Assembly: GCA_051362555.1 (NCBI GenBank)
Contig: CM120642.1
Location: 5,332,001 to 5,396,000, forward strand
DNA from: Lingula anatina
Lineage: Eukaryota > Animalia > Brachiopoda
Direction: 5' to 3'
DNA length: 64,000 nucleotides
Made by a program: the position numbers and the translations under genes. This document shows, piece after piece, positions 24,212 to 37,275 of this stretch (position 1 is its first letter; every line of letters begins with the position of its first letter). The notes beneath the pieces were generated by a model. The model saw only the letters and a program-made list of their open reading frames with translations, made no database searches and was not told where the DNA came from.

Positions 24212-26030
24212 TAATAAAGCAGGGGGAAAAAGAGTCAATTGGCTTTTCACAGTTACTAAATGCTTAGTATTTTTGATCATGTTTACAATTTTGAAACGTC
24301 AAGAAAGTTACAATTGCAAGTATCAATCAATTGTGGGCAAACTTCATGCTAAGGTCTCACACTTTTACACAAATCTTATGTCATATTGGAGGTAAGCCCC
24401 ATTTCTTTGTTAAAATGCTTTTTACCCACTTTCATTACGATTTTTAAGTTATTACCTTTGCTTTTTGTGAACATCTACTGACTTACCAAGCATTTTGGAT
24501 ATAAACACAAAATTATGAGATTAAAGGCACAAATCTTACTTTGCCCAACACATAAGATATACACTAAATGTATAATTGCACATGAATAGAAAGACTCTAA
24601 TGATTGGACATTTATTCAATTTTTTAAAACGTTTGCTCTTACAAAATTACAAACATTTGCATTTGGTAAGTGTCTCTCTTCTGCACCATCATTAATTTTA
24701 TATAAAAAAGCAATAAATCTGCATATTTGGTCTCACAAAAGAAAATTCAATTTAATAAATTATTCATAGCTTGTGATTCACTGATATGTAAACTATACTT
24801 TTTTTAAGTGAAAATAAGACACAAATCACAATAACAAGAACTGGATCTGCATGCAAACATCAAACATGATGTTAACATTTCTATATTCATGATATGATAA
24901 CAAACTGAAATCAAAGACAAAACACCGTCTGTTTGTCAACCCTTAAGAGAAGCATGGACCTCTGACAACTTATTCACGTTATTCAGTTCAGCCCAAGTAG
25001 AGACAGGCCGTGTCATCTCTATGTCATTTCTTGTGTGTGCGTGCATTCCTGTGTGTGTGTGTGCGTGCTTGCGTGTGTAAAAATAAATTGTGCTTGGTGA
25101 TATGTAACCATACATTGGGGCCAAGGTCACATGTCGAGTTTCTTATGATAAACAATATAAATATTTACTAAATAATATGTTAAATAAATTAATTAATTAA
25201 AGTATTCACTCTACTTACATTTCCACTCATCACTTTAAAAGCACTAATGAAAATTTAATGCTGTTTAATTGACTTGTTCTTTTGATTAAACACAGTGCTC
25301 TGTAAGTAATCCCCAAGGGTATGGACGCTATGTAAATCATTAAACTTTAAGATAAATATTATTAGTTCAACAACAATAATAAAATTAACAACAAATATGA
25401 ACTGTCCACTTGTTCCAGCTGTCCCTCAGTATCTCTCTAGTTCTTTTACAGCATGGTAAACTAACTTCACAGCCTGTACAAATAATATCAAGAATGTGGC
25501 ACATTTCTTTGCCACACAGTGTTAAAACAACTGAATACTATGCTAACAAGCAACCTATTGTGTAACAACTACTTTGATAAGACTGGAACAGTATGGCATC
25601 CAGAACAGTTATTTGCCTATAGTATCAGTCCAAGGCTTCTTTATGTTTTTCTGATGACTTTCCAATACTTACATAGCTTTAAAACTTATCTACATGTGAA
25701 GACACCTTGTCCACAATTCACAAACAAAATCAATACCAATATTCTGTACAAGAGTTTTAATTGTACAACTGTGGTTAACATTACCTTACCCAATTAAAAG
25801 AAGCCTACTAGTACCTACTATTTTGGAAAAAATTCTGATTAGCTCAGAGTATTTTATCTCACATAATATTGTCAGCACAACCAATATTTAATTAGGACTG
25901 CAGAGAATGGCTGAATCTTTTCCTTTGTGGCAGTGCATGCCCTTTGTCCATGTACAACTTTGTCAGGACTTATCATATTCAGAACCAACTCTCAAAAATC
26001 TTTCTGTCATTTTTCCACGTATTTTGCAGT

Positions 26031-26256
26031 CTACCCATTGCTAGCACTAGCACCAGCAATGTCGTGGCCTGTCAGCTGGCGCTGTCGGTTTCTTGACCGC
26101 CATATTTTGATGGAGTTATCATCACTGACGGTGACCAACATCTCGGGATCCTTAGGATTAAAGGCAACAGAATTTACTACATCAGTATGTGGGTACTTCA
26201 TCAAGCATATCCCATAATGCCTATCCCATAGGTAGCCATGTTTGTCTTCAGCACCA
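26031..26256 (-). CDS. FBXW5: FBXW5 terminal coding exon
   Basis: SGAEDKHGYLWDRHYGICLMKYPHTDVVNSVAFNPKDPEMLVTVSDDNSIKIWRSR...NG*; WD40 repeat; TAG at 26033-26031. Confidence 0.95.
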
Positions 26257-26650
26257 CTGGAATAGTAAAATCATACCAATTGTATAAATTCTAAATTCAA
26301 AGTGTGTATCTAAAGTTAATATTTCATATCATTAAACATTGCTTACATTACTGTACAAATGTAAATGAAAAACCATTCAGCCCATTTACAAAGTAGTTTT
26401 AATGTGAAACGGCTTCAAGAAGTTGCACATTATTTATAATAAATACTGTACAGCTGGTGTAGAGGTTAATTTTAAGTTCTCAGTTTTTAGTCAAATTTAA
26501 GAAAAAATGTTAACAGAAATAGCCTACTGCTGTGGACTTAATTCTTTAACTGACAACTTAAACCTGGATGCTGTCATACTACTAAAAGTCAAAACACTAA
26601 CATCTCTCTGCAAAAGCATAACTTGCACCAATTTTTTTCTTCTTTCTTAC

Positions 26651-26863
26651 CTTGCGACATACTCATCACACACATCCAAGAAAATGAAGAAGCACTCATC
26701 ATTTGGGGTATAAGCCTTGTGAGCTCTCAACATTGTCCCTACTTCCTTCATAGTTTGCAGGTCTATTACATGGATGTCTATCTCCTGGGCAATGGGAGGT
26801 GGGTACAGGGGGTTTTCTATGTGGTAGTTCTTAGGCCAGGGTCGACTGTTCACATAGAGATAT
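26651..26863 (-). CDS. FBXW5: FBXW5 exon
   Basis: tttcag|...|gtaaga; YLYVNSRPWP...PPPIAQEIDIHVIDL...LRAHKAYTPNDECFFIFLDV. Confidence 0.95.
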
Positions 26864-26963
26864 CTGAAACAGAATTTGTAAACTGTCATCAGAGTGGGTT
26901 GATGGTAACGAAATATTATCATATACACCTACACATACAACTTGAAAAAAAAAAAAATAATAA

Positions 26964-27005
<42 letters not shown>

Positions 27006-27216
27006 AACATTTGAGTGTTATTATATCACCTTAACATGTATAAAATATAGAATAAATTTTTTTTCTAAGGAATCATTACTTGATATAATAAAAATTTCAT
27101 CATAAAACACAATCATGTACCAGTTAATGTGCCGTACAACTGTCCACATGACAGGTCATGTGACACCAGGTCTGTCACATGACACATCACGTCACCAAAG
27201 CTGTCATATCACTTAC

Positions 27217-28400
27217 CTGTGATCAGGAGACAGGCACATGCCAATGATATGACCTCCAAGGTCAATCAAGTGGTCAATCCCATCATAATTCACACCATCT
27301 TGACCATCAGGAGGCTGGTCCATCATTGAACCAGGCTGAATAAGGGTGTGGGTGTCCTGCATCTTGGTACGCTCAGGGTCGATCTTCTTAATCCCTATCA
27401 AATGGGGAGTATAGGTGCTGTTGCCTGTTGTGAAGATCAGATACTTCATCTTGGCTTCTGTGGGTGTCTCAGGGGCACTGGCTGTGCCGCTGCTGCTACT
27501 GGCTCCTGGGGAAGGGGAAGGACTGTGACTGATATAAGAATTACTAGTGCTGGGAGCATACATGCAAGGAGAGAAAGAGTCTGTGCTTTTTGATATATGC
27601 GTCACAGCTGGACCTGCCTCTGCCATGCTCGCACTGGTCAGCTTACCAGATCCACCTCTTATTTTCGGTCCAGCTGACCCTGCCCGTCTATTTGCGCTTG
27701 TGCACGCTTTGCTGGTTGAACCCAATGAGTTCTGTCTGTCTATCTGTGTCTTTGTGTTTGCACTGGGGGCACTGCCAGCTCTGCTTGATCCAGCTGCGCA
27801 GGCATTTGAATTCATGTTTGAGACTTTTAGACCTGCAATAGGTCTGCAGAGGGCACCCTCGGCATATTGCCTCTCTCCTATCATTGACCCGTCTGAACAG
27901 GCCTTGTCAGATGTCTGGCAAACATGATCGTTTTGTTCTTCGATCCTCCAAACTATCTGATCTTCTTTTCGAGCTTTCTTTTCCTCTTTTTTCTTCTGGT
28001 TCTCTCTGGTGGCTCTAGCCACCCCCTCCCCATCGTCTTCCCTGTCAGACAGCCTGGCAGACTCAGCACTACGATAATCTTCATTGTACAAAATTGATGC
28101 CCCTCGACCTCTGTCAGCATTAAACTGGTCAACCTCAAGGAGCTGAATACCCTGTTCATCTTCATAGATCTGTATTCTTTGTGACTTCCAAACATTCTGT
28201 TCAACGGAGTTTTGGCTCACGGACCTCTTTAACGAGCCTCCTCTGGCCAAACTGTCATCAAGACCCAGGTCAGAGTTGGACTTGGAATCGTTGGGGCATG
28301 TGGCCACAAGGATGGTACGTATGGAACTGGCGTTGATGTTCAGGAATCTAAACAGTGTCATCATTACAGATTCCCTCTCTGATTCCGTGGCTTGGAAGGC
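27217..28400 (-). CDS. FBXW5: FBXW5 large exon with a long low-complexity insert
   Basis: AFQATESERESVMMTLFRFLNINASSIRTILVA ... KYLIFTTGNSTYTPHLIGIK ... DHLIDLGGHIIGMCLSPDHR; ttccag acceptor and gtaagt donor. Confidence 0.93.
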
Positions 28401-28801
28401 CTGGAAAAGGAGAAATGTACAGGTTTTGCATTCATTGAGCAATTAGTGTGATCAAAAAGTACAGACAGCACATATTTATATAAATGCCAGTTTGGGATCA
28501 AATTCATTAATCTGATTATGAAGTGATATCAAATAAGAATTATGTAAAATAGTGTTGAAACTGGTTAAATAGATAGACTTACTTTTAGACCAATTTATTG
28601 ATTATTTTATCAAAATGTACAGTATACATTAATAGCTGCATTAAATTCAAAATCAATGAAGCACACATTAAAAAATCTTCAAACTTGTACTTTGTCATCA
28701 TTTGACAATTCAAACTACAAAAACACATTGCGTTGACATGCATGTTCTTAAGCTTCTTTAATTCTGCAAGCTCCAAGCTCCAATTTTCCAAGCTCACTTA
28801 C

Positions 28802-28941
28802 TTTATTAATTGAAATGGTGGAACACGAGGACAGGTTTCCAAGCCAATAAAGATTCCCAGCCAGCAAGTAATTCTCATCATACCAGCAACCAAATATGTC
28901 ATAGGGCTTGTTGATTACCCGGCACTGAAGCTGAAACTCAT
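28802..28941 (-). CDS. FBXW5: FBXW5 exon
   Basis: ttttcag|...|gtaagt; EFQLQCRVINKPYDIFGCWYDENYLLAGNLYWLGNLSSCSTISINK (FBXW5 NKPYDxFGCW motif); not in the ORF track. Confidence 0.93.
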
Positions 28942-31080
28942 CTGAAAATCAATCATAGCTATTATACAAATCTGATATGAACAGGACTTTAAAAAATACA
29001 TTTGATCAATTTAAAGCTACTAATTTAGATGTTGTTTAAAGCTTACAGACTGGTCTTTCAAAAGAATAAAAAACTATACTTCAAAAACTATCAAAAGAGA
29101 AATAATACTGAAACAATGACCAATGCATTAAACAATTTAATTAATTACATACAAAAAACCAATAACCTTGAATTTTAATTTAATCTATTAAATGAAGCAC
29201 TTCTTTTGGCACAGAGAGTATAAGACCCATAACATTAAAACTTGCTTTATTACCACATAAATAACAATTTCATATACCTACACATTGACAGATTTAGGTT
29301 ATAAAGACTTGGTGTCTTCCCCCCCCCCCCCCCCACTCCCCCAATTTACCTGTGACCAATTACCTGTTCGTTCATCTTATGAACTGATGTAAATCACAAT
29401 GGGATTATTATAAAATACCCGCAACAGAAAATTAGCTACATGCAATTACATGATACTTCCTCACAGAAATAATAAAATCTTTATTGACTAATTTTTACAT
29501 GACATTTATCTTTGAGCAAACTGCTTAGAGCTTTCTTTAAAAATACAACTGGAACCTTCCAAAATTTATGCCACTGGTCATGGAATAAAAGTTAACGGTT
29601 ATTGCTCTATTATATAAAGCTTTATGATTATGCACAGGGGGTAAAATACTTCACTACATGCTAATTAAACACATCCTGCTAACTGCATCATTTGCAATCC
29701 CATAATGCACATATAGCAACTTGAACTTCACAGGCAAACAGGGGAGAATATTTCACCAAAATGCTTCTTTTTTACTGTTTTTTTTTTTAGATCAGTAACA
29801 CTGATCACAGCTTTTCTATATGGTTTTGCACTATCTTTGTTACATTTTTTCAAAGTAGCACAGAAAAAGCCCTCTATCGTCCACTGAAACTGTACAGCTT
29901 GCATCAAGTAAGAACCTACTTCAATCTAAGCACTAGAAAATAATCCCAAAAGTAGAATATTCCAAGACAGAAGTATGCTGTAACACTGATTTACACTATT
30001 ATTTAAAAACTTTAAACAATAAAACTTTTTAAATAAAATAAAACAACCTGATCAGAACACTAGTTTTCAAACTTGAGCTTAACTAAAAACTAACTAAATG
30101 AATCAAGATATTCCAACAGCGACATTGCCATACAGGTAAATATAAGAGTTCTCTATATCATTATTTCTGAGGCTCAGTAGCACAATCTCATTAATCCTGC
30201 TACTTCCTGTACGTCACTGTAACGTTACTCCACTCATATCATCATTACTGGAGGGCCATGGGAAAGATCAATTTTTTACTTACAATGTTTTCACCTTCAT
30301 GAAGTAAAGTTGACTAAATAAATGAATAAAAAAATGGATAAATCACTCCTCCAATGATAAAAGGAGTAACGTGTAAGAGTGAGGATATCAGAGTTATTTT
30401 ATGGAGGACATACATACTAGCAGATTTGTAGACCTGTTGATGTGGAGGGGGGGGGGGGGGGGGGAGGGAATCGATGCAGGTAGTATAATGATATGTTAGT
30501 TTAAAACTAACATTCGTGTATAATATGTTAGGGAAACATTAAGGTGTTATTGCTGATAAGGACATACATTTATGAGGTTATTCACTAAGAGGTATTTTGG
30601 TCCAAAACTGATGGATTATTTTAATTTATTTTCTTAATAAGGCCTGATGATATAACGTCAAAGACCCATTCTTTATGTAGACAAATATGGAGGTGGTTTG
30701 GTAATTTTTAACCCACATGTATGTCATGAATATGTAGATCTAGGTTATATATTTTGGTATCATTAGTGTATTGTTAATGATAATGAAATTTGAGACTGGT
30801 TTCTTAGAGATATATTAAGTCTGAAATGGAATGATTACTAGTACTCCTATTTAAATATGGTGAAATGATATAACAACACATTATATGGAGCTGGTTTGGT
30901 AATATATGATAACTATGCATGGATTAACTGTGCAATCTTCGTTGGCCTGAAAACACTGTCTAGACAATACAATATGAGAATGTTTATCTGAAGGTATCAT
31001 GGTTCAAAGGCACTATACTGCGGTCTTATCCTCATTATCTTGCATCCTAGGTGTTCAATCCAAAGTTATTTCAATATTCA

Positions 31081-31258
31081 GAGCACATTCAGAAGAGACG
31101 ACTAACAGATCCGCGTGTCAAATAGGGCGACCCACTAAAAAGCTTGCTGCTTAATATATTACCCATTGAATGCTAAACAGATTCCCCGTAGGGATTATGC
31201 AAGTGGGTCGGCCATGTTTGATCCGCTGATCTGTTAGGGTGCTGTTCAGAATGCAAAG
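31081..31258. mobile_element. degenerate MITE
   Basis: about 50-bp imperfect inverted arms CATTCwGAA...CTAACAGATC.GCG..TCAAA...GGCGACCCACT. Confidence 0.6.
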
Positions 31259-31312
31259 GGAAATGCCTTGGACACATGTTGGCCATTTTTTTTTAATAAG
31301 AAATTTTTTTTA

Positions 31313-34300
31313 AACTAGAGGATCAGAGAGGCGATACCGCCTCCGAATATTGTACCACCAGCTGGAGCAAGCGCATTCGTATAGACCCCCACATACACAA
31401 AATAAGGGACACAGCCACCAGTTTTGTGCTTGACAAGCTGTAAAAATGCAATCAACAAGAATTTTTAAACTATTGCAAAAAAAATATATGGTACAATCAA
31501 ATTTAAGTTCTTCGTTAGGTAGGTCAAGGGTCAATTTCAAGGTCACAGTAAATTGCCAGTATATGACTTCCTATTCAAGTTCAAGAGTAACTATGGACCT
31601 ATCTCTGTCAAGTTTGAAGTTAAAAGAGAAAGAAATTAGCAGAGTTCAGTTCATGATAAAAAGTAGGTCAAAGGTCAATTTCAAGGTCACACTTAGATTG
31701 CCAGTATAGGACTTCCTATTCAACTTCAATAGTAACTATGGACCTATCTCAGCCAGTTTTGGAGATAAAAGGGAAGCAAAATTTGCAAAATTCAGTTCAT
31801 GGTGAAAAGTAGGTCAAAGGTCAATTTCAAGGTCACATTAAGATTGCCAGTATATGACTTTCTATTCAAGTTCAATAGTAACTATGGACCTATCTCTGTC
31901 AGTTTTGGAGATAAAAGGAAAGCAAAATTTGCAAAGTTCAGTTTATGGTGAAAAGAAGGTCAAAGGTCAATTTTGAGGTCACATTTAGATTGCCAGTATA
32001 TGACTTCCTATTCAAGTTCAATAGTAACTACGGACCTATCTCAGCCAGTTTTGGAGATAAAAGGGTAGCAAAATTTGCAAAGTTCAGTTTATGGTGAAAA
32101 GTAGGACAAAGGTCAATTTTAATGTCACATTTATAATGCCAGTATATGACTTCCTATTCAAGTTCAATAGTAACTACGGACCTATCTCAGCCAGTTTTGG
32201 AGATAAAAGGAAAGCAAAATTTGCAAAATTCAGTTCATGGTGTAAAGTAGGTCAAAGGTCAATTTTAAGGTCACATTTAGATTGCCAGTATATGACTTCC
32301 TTTTCAAGTTCAATAGTAACTATGGACCTATCTCTGCCAGTTTTGGAGATAAAAGGAAAGCAAAATTTGCAAAGTTCAGTTCATGGTAAAAAGTAGGTCA
32401 AAGGTCAATTTCAAGGTCACACTTAGATTGCCAGTATATGACTTCCTTTTCAAGTTCAATAGTAACTATGGACCTATCTCTGCCAGTTTTGGAGATAAAA
32501 GGGAAGCAAAATTTGCAAAATTCAGTTCATGGTGAAAAGTAGGTCAAAGGTCAATTTCAAGGTCACATTTAGATTGCCAGTATATGACTTCCTATTCAAG
32601 TTCAATAGTAACTATGGACCTATCTCTGCCAGTTTTGGAGATAAAAGGGAAGCAAAACTTGCAAAGTTCAGTTTATGGTGAAAAGTAGGTCAAAGGTCAA
32701 TTTTGAGGTCACATTTAGATTGCCAGTATATGACTTCCTATTCAAGTTCAATAGTAACTACGGACCTATCTCTGCCAGTTTTGGAGATAAAAGGGAAGCA
32801 AAATTTGCAAAATTCAGTTCATGGTGAAAAGTAGGTCAAAGGTCAATTTCAAGGTCACATTTAGATTGCCAGTATATGACTTCCTATTCAAGTTCAATAG
32901 AAACTATGGACCTATCTCAGCCAGTTTTGGAGATAAAAGTGAAGCAAAATTTGCAAAATTCAGTTCATGGTGAAAAGTAGGTCAAAGGTCAATTTCAAGG
33001 TCACATTTAGATTGCCAGTATATGACTTCCTATTCAAGTTCAATAGTAACTATGGACCTATCTCTGCCAGTTTTGGAGATAAAAGGGAAGCAAAACTTGC
33101 AAAGTTCAGTTTATGGTGAAAAGAAGGTCAAAGGTCAATTTTGAGGTCACATTTAGATTGCCAGTATATGACTTCCTATTCAAGTTCAATAGTAACTACG
33201 GACCTATCTCAGCCAGTTTCGGAGATAAAAGGAAAGCAAAATTTGCAAAATTCAGTTCATGGTGTAAAGTAGGTCAAAGGTCAATTTTAAGGTCACATTT
33301 AGATTGCCAGTATATGACTTCCTTTTCAAGTTCAATAGTAACTATGGACCTATCTCTGCCAGTTTTGGAGATAAAAGGGAAGAAAAGTTTGCAAAGTTCA
33401 GTTCATGGTGAAAAGTAGGTCAAAGGTCAATTTTGAGGTCACATTTAGATTGCCAGTATATGACTTCCTATTCAAGTTCAATAGTAACTATGGACCTATC
33501 TCTGTCAGTTTTGGAGATAAAAGGAAAGCAAAATTTGCAAAGTTCAGTTTATGGTGAAAAGTAGGACAAAGGTCAATTTTAAGGTCACATTTAGATTGCC
33601 AGTATATGACTTCCTATTCAAGTTCAATAGTAACTACGGACCTATCTCAGCCAGTTTTGGAGATAAAAGGAAAGCAAAATTTGCAAAATTCAGTTCATGG
33701 TGTAAAGAAGGTCAAAGGTCAATTTTAAGGTCACATTTAGATTGCCAGTATATGACTTCCTATTCCACTTCAATAGAAACTACGGACCTATCTCAGCCAG
33801 TTTTGGAGATAAAAGGGTAGCAAAATTTGCAAAATTCAGTTCATGGTGAAAAGTAGGTCAAAGGTCAATTTTAATGTCACATATAGATTGCCAGTATATG
33901 ACTTCCTATTCAAGTTCAATAGTAACTATGGACCTATCTCTGCCAGTTTTGGAGATAAAAGGGAAGAAAAATTTGCAAAGTTCAGTTCATGGTGAAAAGT
34001 AGGACAAAGGTCAATTTTAAGGTCACATTTAGATTGCCAGTATATGACTTCCTATTCAAGTTCAATAGTAACTACGGACCTATCTCAGCCAGTTTTGGAG
34101 ATAAAAGGGAAGAAAAATTTGCAAAGTTCAGTTCATGGTGAAAAGTAGGTCAAAGGTCAATTTCAAGGTCATAGTAAGATTGCCAGTATATGACTTCCTA
34201 TTCAACTTCAATAGTAACTATGGACCTATCTCTGCCAGTTTTGGATATATAAGGGACTAAATGTTATAATTTTGGAGTTACCATAATGTGCCTTAAATTT

Positions 34301-35267
34301 CGTACAGAAAAAATTAATTAAAATAAAGAAAATGTCATTTTGGTCAAAATTCTTGAAATAGGAGGTGCTCTGAAGTTTCAGAAGTTCAAATTTGATGAAA
34401 TAATGTCATTTTTGAACACAAGTTGTCTGCTGTGCCAAGCCTTATGTTTTATTTTTCCAGAGTTCAAAATTTATTATCCATTACCGTACTGCACATTTTG
34501 CTTTTACCACCAATATGTACTTTTTGATACAGCGTAACTCGAAAACCGTATGGAATACAAAAAAAACGAGACCACTTCCAGTGTTGGGCTTTACATGCTC
34601 TACAAAATGCAAAAAAGAATGGCTCTCTAGCATTAACGGTTCCCGAATTAGAGACAGTTTTCAGTTTTGGTATCTTATGGCCGCTACTCCCGTGAAAATG
34701 CACCGATTGACCCCAAATTCATGGAGATGAAAGATGACCTGAAGGGTAACACTTTCCAATAATATTATTGGTTAAGTCTGTGTGGTGTCTGAATAACAGG
34801 GCAAAAAATTTTTTTTTCGTAAAAAATTTCATTTTTTAAAAAATTTTGGCCCATTTGACCTTGAAGTAAAGGTCAAAGGTCAAATCCAAGGGTATATTTG
34901 AAATCTACACATATGACTTTTGGAAAGCCGTCTATAGAAATTTTTCCCATAACTCCTTCCGTAGGGTAGATAATTAGCATTTAATTTTGCCATTTTTAGA
35001 CAAGGGTGCATTGCAATGAGTGCCACACCCAGACCCCAATACCGACAAAGCCCAAATTTTACGTGGAACGAGTTGAGATTATAGGTGACCTAAATCCATG
35101 AGATGGGTACGGGGGCCCTTACCGTCTAGGAGGAGAAGCGGTAACGGTAGCCGTCCGGCGGAGCCGGCGGAGCCAACGGAGCCGGCGGAGCCGGCGGAGC
35201 CGGCGGAACGATCCGGACGGGACCGAAACCATGTGTACCGCCAGCGCTAACGCTGGTGGTACAATAA
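31313..35267 (-). mobile_element. Helentron-type non-autonomous element H1, copy B, in an FBXW5 intron
   Basis: same termini as copies A and C in reverse; 9-bp GGAGCCGGC repeats near the 5' end; contains a 146-bp array. Confidence 0.88.
31515..34255. repeat. 146-bp tandem array, about 19 units
   Basis: anchor GTAGGTCAAAGG (or a single-substitution variant) recurs at 31663, 31809, 31955, 32101 ... 34145, with constant 146-bp spacing. Confidence 0.95.
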
Positions 35268-36597
35268 GACAATTGTTTGCAGTATTGAACAGAATAATAA
35301 CAAGCGTGACCAAAGACATGAAAAGTGCTGCTGCCAAACCTCTATATTTCTACCTCATTTTTTGGGATTTCTAGTCAAGGTCACTGCAACTTTGTGTTTT
35401 AGCATAGTACTGAAGCAAAATGTCACCATAAATACAGCACTATAAGGTATTCCCTTAAGAACTTAAGAATCCCAAAATTGCCTGAAAGCTCCCATTAATT
35501 TCCTGCTTAAAAGTCTTCTTTCCAATTAGACAGAAAAAATCCAGAAAAACATAAGCAAGCTGGGGATTTGGTTTTTGGTTGGAAAAAAAAAGGCACATTT
35601 ACCAACCTAATTAACCAAAAGCATTGTAACCTGACCTATAAAACAATAGCCAATGCTGCAGCATATGTGAATATATTGTATACATGTATTATGTCAGGAC
35701 TTTAGAATAGATAAAAAAAAGACAAAAAAGTAAAAAATTCTCTTTGTTCCCAAAATGGTCACTAAATGTTATGCACAGTTTCAACTGTGCACATTACAAT
35801 AAATGGCCTAAGGGCATCAAAGATAAATATTTGTTGTAAAGACATCAGGGAGATAGATATGCAGTTCTTCCAAAACTGAAAGTTGTCTTTCTTTATACTT
35901 TGGTTCTTACTTCGGTATAATGAGACAAATAGTGCTAGGTCCCTCAGTGACTTCAAATAGTGCCTAGTGAAAGGAAATAACATCTTTCAAATTGTGTCAG
36001 GGTCCTCTCACTGAACACTTCATCAGACTTGCAAAGGTACTGTGCACTATCTTTTTATAAGTTTTTTTTTTTTTTTTTTTGAAATGAAAGATGTGCACTG
36101 TCCCAGTTCCATGGCAGACTTGCTATTCAAGCCTCAGTTTGTAACCACATAGATGAAATAGATGGAGAATTGTTCAGAAATGATGACTTCTGCTGACTGA
36201 TTACATATGTATCATCTTGGTCAATTAATCTTCCTGAATATTCAATATCAACCATACTACTCAAGGTTGTAATACTAAATAATGGAAGTGATTTTAAAAA
36301 ATTAGGATGGAAGAGACATGGAAGTTTCAAAGTAAATGTATACATAATGTTTGTTTTCTAGAGATCCTTAAAAAAGCACATAATTATATCTGTATAAATA
36401 ACAAACAATCATTTTTCTTTTTTGACATTTTAGGCAAAAAGCCTTTTTTAGTAATCCTATTTCTATTTCCCTTGCTACATGGTCTAGAATGAGTGGTTGA
36501 TGTAATTCATGTAGGTGGGGTTAACTTCCCTTCAATAGGATGACATTTTCTATTTTCATTAAATTTGATTTACAAGATCTTAATTTAGACAGACTAA

Positions 36598-36809
36598 GAC
36601 CCCATTTCCACAGATTTTAGATCGATCTATCCCTTTGGGGAGTCTCACTAGATTACTGTCAGCTTAACCCGCTTAAGCGTGTGTCCCGCCTACTAAAAGC
36701 TGTAAGGGGGTGCGCGCTTGGCTGACTGCAATTTAGAGTGAACCCCCAGGGAGTTCGGTCGATCTAAATCTAAATCTCTGGATCGATCTAAATCTCTGGG
36801 AATGCACCC
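36598..36809 (+). mobile_element. PIF/Harbinger-like MITE, family M1
   Basis: TAA TSD at 36595-36597 and 36810-36812; TIRs; homologous to 5887 and 6399. Confidence 0.85.
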
Positions 36810-37100
36810 TAAAGGTACAGTTCTGACTCGATCTTTTCAATGGTGAATAATTATCAAACTTTTAGATACATAATTTTATTATGGCAAAATCATATTTCTA
36901 TGTTACATTTGTGATGCTTTTATTGCACAGAATAGAACTATAGAGTAGCCTGCTTTTTTAATATTGTTGCTACACTCAATGGGAATGTTCTTATTTTAAG
37001 AAATTGGGACTTAAAAAATAAAGTATCTGTAAAATTTACTCCCCCCCCCCCCCTCCACTGAAAAGATGGAGTAATTACCATATGTTATAGTGTAACTCAC

Positions 37101-37275
37101 CCTGGAGGCTGAAAACTGCAATTTCCCCAGAAGTGCTGTGGGACCCAAAGTGAACGCCAGATACAAGGAGAAGTGTGTCGTTTTCATTGAATTCTGAAAA
37201 CTGTGTGTATTTCCAAGTCAACTTGGTCAAATCTTCTGAATATTTTAGAGTGGCTGGGTATCCTGCATTCCACAC
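37101..37275 (-). CDS. FBXW5: FBXW5 exon
   Basis: tttttag|...|gtgagt; VWNAGYP...WKYTQFSEFNENDTLLLVSGVHFGSHSTSGEIAVFSLQ. Confidence 0.95.

Noticed and set aside
27348-27927. Plus-strand ORFs over the large FBXW5 exon (likewise 25927, 26623, 39233, 39760)
   Set aside because: Antisense shadows of real coding exons
31515-34255. Regular repeat array as a CRISPR locus or repeat-protein gene (ORFs 32091, 33113, 33551)
   Set aside because: Units are contiguous with no unique spacers and no cas genes; the context is a eukaryotic intron; the ORFs are by-products of the 146-bp period
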